Shown here piece by piece: positions 59,483 to 64,000 of a DNA stretch of 64,000 bases (its first letter is position 1; every line of letters starts with the position of its first letter). The notes under the pieces were generated by a model, which ran no database searches, was not told the DNA's origin, and saw nothing but the letters and a program-made list of their open reading frames with translations. This DNA comes from Candidatus Hydrogenedentota bacterium (GTDB lineage: Bacteria > Hydrogenedentota > Hydrogenedentia > Hydrogenedentales > SLHB01), in contig CAXXYE010000009.1 in NCBI GenBank assembly GCA_963674865.2, positions 320,001-384,000 on the forward strand, read 5' to 3'. The translations under genes were made by a program, and so were the position numbers.

Positions 59483-61990
59483 AAAACGTTCTGACCATCC
59501 TCCGGCGCGACTTGGGCGCCTTCTTCACCTCGCCCGTCGGCTACATCTTCATGATCGTTTTCCTGCTCATCAGCGTGGGACTCTATATCACCGCGTTCTT
59601 CACGTTCCCGGTGGCCGACATGCGCATGTTCTTCACGAACCTGCCGCTCCTGCTGTGTGTGTTCGTCCCCGCCGTAACGATGCGCGTGTGGGCCGAGGAG
59701 CGCAAGGAGAACACCTGGGAACTGCTCCTTACCTTCCCCATGAAATCGTGGCAGCTTGTGCTTGGCAAGTTCCTCGCCTGCCTCGTCTTCCTCGCGGCGA
59801 CGCTGGCAGCCACCTGCACCGTCCCCATCATGCTGGCCGCGCTGGGCAATCCGGATGGAGGCGTCATCTTCGGCGGCTACGTAGGCACGCTGCTCCTCGG
59901 CGCTTTCTTCCTATCCATCGGCATCTTCTTCTCCGGCTCTGCAAAGACCAGATTGTCGCCTTCGTCGTCACGCTGCTCGCGTGCTTCCTCGTCTTCCTGC
60001 TCGGAACCACCTTCATCGCCTCCTACCTGGACGGCGTGATGTCCGGCCTTGGATCGGCCCTCTCCGAGTTGGTGGGCGTTCTCGGCCACTACAACGCCTT
60101 CACGCGAGGCGTCGTCGAGGTCGGCGACCTTCTTTACTTCCTCGCGTGGATCGCCGTCTTCCTGTTCCTGAACATGATGTTCATCGAGCGGCGCAGCCGG
60201 CCCGGCGCCACGACCATCTTTATCGGCGCGGTGGCCATCTGTCTGGCCATCGGCCTCACGTTCAACTGGCTTCTGACGGGACAGAGCTTCGGCCGGTTCG
60301 ACCTTACCGAGGACAAGATATTCACCGTGTCGGAGGCGACCAAGACCATTCTGGACAAGCTCGACACGCCGTGCAGGTTAAGCTCTACATCACGCCCAAA
60401 GACAAGATGCCCACCGGCATGACGCAGCTTGAACAGGATATCGAGGCGAAGCTCGAGGAGATGCGCGTCGCATCCGGCGGGAAGATCCAACACACGACGG
60501 TTCATCTGGAAGCGGCGAACGTCTTGGCCGGGCCCGACACCGAGGATGAGGACGCCGAAGAAGGGGACGAAGCAAAGGCCATCGAGAAGCGGATGCTCGA
60601 CAAGGGCGTGAAGCCCTTCTCCGCCCAAGCCATCAGCCAGGATCAGGTGACAAGCAAATGGGTGTACTCGAGCCTCGGTGTAGGCTATCGCGACAAGAAA
60701 GAGGAGATTATCCCGCAGATCATCCCCGATAACCTCCAGGAACTCGAGTACCGCCTGGTGAACACGATCTACAAACTCACCATGGACAAGCCGCCCGTCG
60801 TAGCGCTCGTGGCCCCGAAGGAGGCCGTCACCATTCCCCCGCAGATGCGCCAGTTGTACGAGCAGATGGGCCAGCCCATCCCCTCCTCCGACGATCCTTA
60901 TGTCTATCTTGAACAGGTCCTTCGGTACGAGAAGTATGACGTGCAGCGCGTCGACCTCACCGAAGACAGCCCGCTCCCGGAGGAATACGACACCCTCGTG
61001 GTCGTCAATCCGAGGTCGCTCAATGAACGGCAGCGCTGGGAGATCAACCGCGCCGTCGTTTCCGGCAAGTCCGTCGTACTGGCCGTCCAGCAATATGAAT
61101 GGGACTACCGCGTCGAGCGCGATCGCGTGAGTCTGAACAAGCGGGATGAGTCGCCGGAGATCGATCCGCTCCTTGAGGAGTACGGCCTCGGCGTCAGCAA
61201 AGACATCCTCATGGACACCAACAGTCTTGCCCTGCAGACAAGCGGGGGAGGACTCGACGCGCTCTTAGGTATGGGGCAGATGGTGGACGCGCCCACCCAC
61301 GTGCTCGTGAGCAACGAGAACATGGATAAGGACACCTCCATCACCAGCCGCCTGGACACCATCTTCTATCTCTGGGGGACGGCCGTCGAGTTGAACAAGG
61401 AGGAGCTTGCGAAGCACGGCCTCGAAGCCAAGACCATTATGTCGACCACGGACGAAGCATGGGCCGTGCCCGCCGATGCGCCGCTCACCAGCGCCTCCCT
61501 CGAACCGCCTGCGTCCGGCGGCGAGAAGTTCCCCCTCATGGTGCTCGTCCAAGGCCAGTTCCCGGACGCCTACAAGGGTGAGCCTCGGCCGGCTTGGCCC
61601 GTCGAGCCGCCCCGGCCCGGCGCCCCGCCGCGCCCCCCGAAAACCGACGAGGCCGAGGCCGCGCCTATCTCGCCCGGCCCCGCCAAGCTCGTCTTGTTGG
61701 GATGTTCAGAGATGTTTCGGAAGAACTTTCTCCGGCAAGGGAACCTGGACCTGTTCCTCAACTGCGTGGACGCCGTCACGTTGGGCGACGACATTATCAA
61801 CGTCCGTGGGCGCAAGCCCATCGACCGGGCCATCGCCATGCCGTCCTCCGGCAAGCGCAATTTCTGGAAGGTCATCAACTACGGTTTGGGCACCCTCGCG
61901 ATCACCGTGACGGGTGTCACCACCCTGCTCTTGCGGAGGCGCGCGCGAAACGCCTACACCATGGCATACGCCAGACGGAACGGGGCCTAA
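59479..61990 (+). pseudogene. Fused ABC-2 permease/GldG-like protein (GldF-GldG) with two single-base frameshifts
   Basis: FFTSPVGY...TMRVWAEERKENTWELLLTFP; frame change at about 59937 (...CKDQIVAF); RFDLTEDKIFTVS; frame change at about 60370 (VQVKLY). Adding two bases gives one 838-codon ORF. Probably assembly errors. Confidence 0.75.
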
Positions 61991-62057
61991 CGGCCAGGCC
62001 CCCGGTGGGCCCGTTAGAAGCACGTGCATGAATGACTGCTCGGGAGGTTAGGAAGCG

Positions 62058-64000
62058 ATGAAACCAAAGAACCTGGTTCCGCTCGTTGTCATCTTAGTGA
62101 TTCTCATCGCACTGGTGATGGTAAAGAAGGCTAAAGAGCCCGCGCCCAACATCGTCAACGAGGTGCAACTGGCCCGGCTGATCCCGGAAGGCGTGAGCGC
62201 CCCGGATATCGTCAAACTCGAGCTGTTTGCCGGCGCCAAACCGGACGAAGGCGTTGTCCTCGCATGGGATGACGCCGCTTCCGGCTGGCGCGTGACGAGC
62301 AAGTACAACGCCCCGGTCGACGAAGAGAAGATCGACGAGTATCTCTCCGACTTGATCAAGTTGGGAGGCGAATACCGCGCCGCTCCCGAAACGGACGCGG
62401 ATCTCGAGCAGTACGACTTAACTGATTCGAGAGCCTTCCACGTCAAAGGTTTTGTGAAAGGCGACGATGCTCCCAAGTTCGAAGTCCTCGTGGGAAAGGC
62501 GCCGGATTATCGCACCACCTTCGTCCGCGCCGCCGCAGGGAAGGAAATCTATCTGAGCGATGTGAACCTCCGGCAGAAAGCCGGGATCTATGGCGATGAC
62601 ACGGAGAAGGCCCCCGAAGCCACGCCGTGGCTCGACAAGAACATCGTTGACCTCGAGAAAGACAAGATCAGCCGCATCGATCTTACCTACCCGGACAAGA
62701 GCGTCGTCTTCGAGAAGCGGGAGAAGGAAGCGGAACCGGAAGAGAAAGCCGGCGAACAGGCCGAGGAGCCTGATGAGGATGCTGAGGAAGCGCCCGCGCC
62801 TGAAAAGGAAAAGGAATACGAATGGGTCTTGGCCTCCGGCGCCCCCGCGCGATCCCACAAGCAGACGGGCCTGGATTCGCTGCTGCGCAAACTCGACTCC
62901 TTGACGGCCACGGATGTGGTTGACCCTGGCACGCCCGCCGAGTGGGGCCTCGAGCCGCCCGCGTTCAAGTGCGTTGTTGCGGCCGACAACCTTGACGAGG
63001 ACGTGGTAATCGAGGCAGGTAGGCCCGACGCGAGCGGCGATGGATACCTCCGCCTCGCCGGCGCCGAGGAGCCGGTAGTCTACAAGATCCCGAAGTACTC
63101 CTTCGATCAGCTCTTCCCCAAAGGAAGAGACTTGTGCGATCTCCCCGCGCTTTCGGTGGATCAGAAGGAGATCAAGCGCGTCGAATTGACACAGCCCGCG
63201 GGTGATGTCGTCCTCACCAAATCGGACGGCGAGTGGGCCGTCGAGAAGCCGCGTGCCGACCTGGCGCTCCAGGCCTCCACGCTGGATACGGTGGCGCGCA
63301 CCTTGGCCTCCTGGCAGCCTGCCGACTACGCCGGCCCGGACGCCGATACCGGCCTCGACGCAGCGACACGCCGCGTCTCCTTCATCGCAGGCGACGTCAC
63401 GCACACCATCGCCCTGGGCGCCCCGTCTCCCGTGACGGAAGGCGACTATGCCCGGTTGGATGACGATCCCGCCGCCCTCGTGATGGCCAAAATCGACAAG
63501 GACAAAGTGTTCGTCGCGCCGAAGGATCTCTACGAGCGCTCACTTCTGGACATCGACGAGATGGACATCACGGATGTCACCGTCAAGAGCGGCCGGAATA
63601 TATACACGTTGGCGCGCCGGGACGACGAGTGGGCCGAGATCGCCGCGAATCGCGAGGAAGGCGCATTATCCTTCGAGCGAGAGAAGGCCGACGCGTTCCC
63701 TGACGACGTGATCGAGGAATACGAAGGCGCCGCGGACTCGTTGACTGAGTGGATTGCTGATCTTCAGGCGAGCGATATCCTCTTCGATGGGACCACCATG
63801 CAGGGCGAGCCCTTCATGGCCATTACTTTCACGTTGGCGGACGGCGCCAAACACGAGATCGCTATCGGCCCCGAATCCGATGGATCGCATCTGCTGAAGG
63901 TGTCCGGCAAGAAAGAGATGTTCAAGCTCGACCACGCCGACGTGGAAACGGTGCTGGACGAACTGGCGCTGTTCAAGGCGCCTGCCCCTGAGCCCGAACC
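62058..64000 (+). CDS. DUF4340-like membrane-anchored accessory protein of the Gld-type ABC system (partial, runs off right edge)
   Basis: Not in the ORF track. MKPKNLVPLVVILVILIALVMVKK, then repeated W.V..P..D...L..YGL-type units; typical position after GldG. Confidence 0.75.
   Translation, partial: MKPKNLVPLVVILVILIALVMVKKAKEPAPNIVNEVQLARLIPEGVSAPDIVKLELFAGAKPDEGVVLAWDDAASGWRVTSKYNAPVDEEKIDEYLSDLIKLGGEYRAAPETDADLEQYDLTDSRAFHVKGFVKGDDAPKFEVLVGKAPDYRTTFVRAAAGKEIYLSDVNLRQKAGIYGDDTEKAPEATPWLDKNIVDLEKDKISRIDLTYPDKSVVFEKREKEAEPEEKAGEQAEEPDEDAEEAPAPEKEKEYEWVLASGAPARSHKQTGLDSLLRKLDSLTATDVVDPGTPAEWGLEPPAFKCVVAADNLDEDVVIEAGRPDASGDGYLRLAGAEEPVVYKIPKYSFDQLFPKGRDLCDLPALSVDQKEIKRVELTQPAGDVVLTKSDGEWAVEKPRADLALQASTLDTVARTLASWQPADYAGPDADTGLDAATRRVSFIAGDVTHTIALGAPSPVTEGDYARLDDDPAALVMAKIDKDKVFVAPKDLYERSLLDIDEMDITDVTVKSGRNIYTLARRDDEWAEIAANREEGALSFEREKADAFPDDVIEEYEGAADSLTEWIADLQASDILFDGTTMQGEPFMAITFTLADGAKHEIAIGPESDGSHLLKVSGKKEMFKLDHADVETVLDELALFKAPAPEPE

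Overview
GC-rich bacterial chromosomal segment. The style (ECF sigma factors fused to Ig-like ectodomains, a sulfatase, GT-C glycosyltransferases, many intergenic repeats) suggests Ca. Hydrogenedentota or a PVC-like lineage; this is inference only. Contents from left to right: two tandem membrane-anchored ECF sigma factor fusions; an oppABCDF operon; envelope genes (epimerase, GT-C); an ECF sigma with a large putative anti-sigma; a Cys-rich lipoprotein; a small kinase; an Ogl-like propeller; ddl; yhaN/yhaO (SbcC/SbcD-like); an accessory block (tandem paralogs, propeller, ANK-LRR protein, methyltransferase, sulfatase); rluD, xylB and rpsU; a stand-alone rpoBC with its own promoter; a long infC-rpmI-rplT-hisA-tyrA-tmk-holB-PSP1-tatD run headed by an L20-leader-like attenuator; a REP/transposase-remnant/MITE cluster; and a Gld-type ABC system with frameshifts. 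The most unusual features are (1) miniature repeat elements with different IS-like ends but a shared GGGAC...GTCCC hairpin core, two of which supply the start and stop codons of rluD and the start of an unrelated glycosyltransferase, (2) the 17-Cys lipoprotein, and (3) the ECF-ectodomain fusions. No tRNA, rRNA or CRISPR array was seen.
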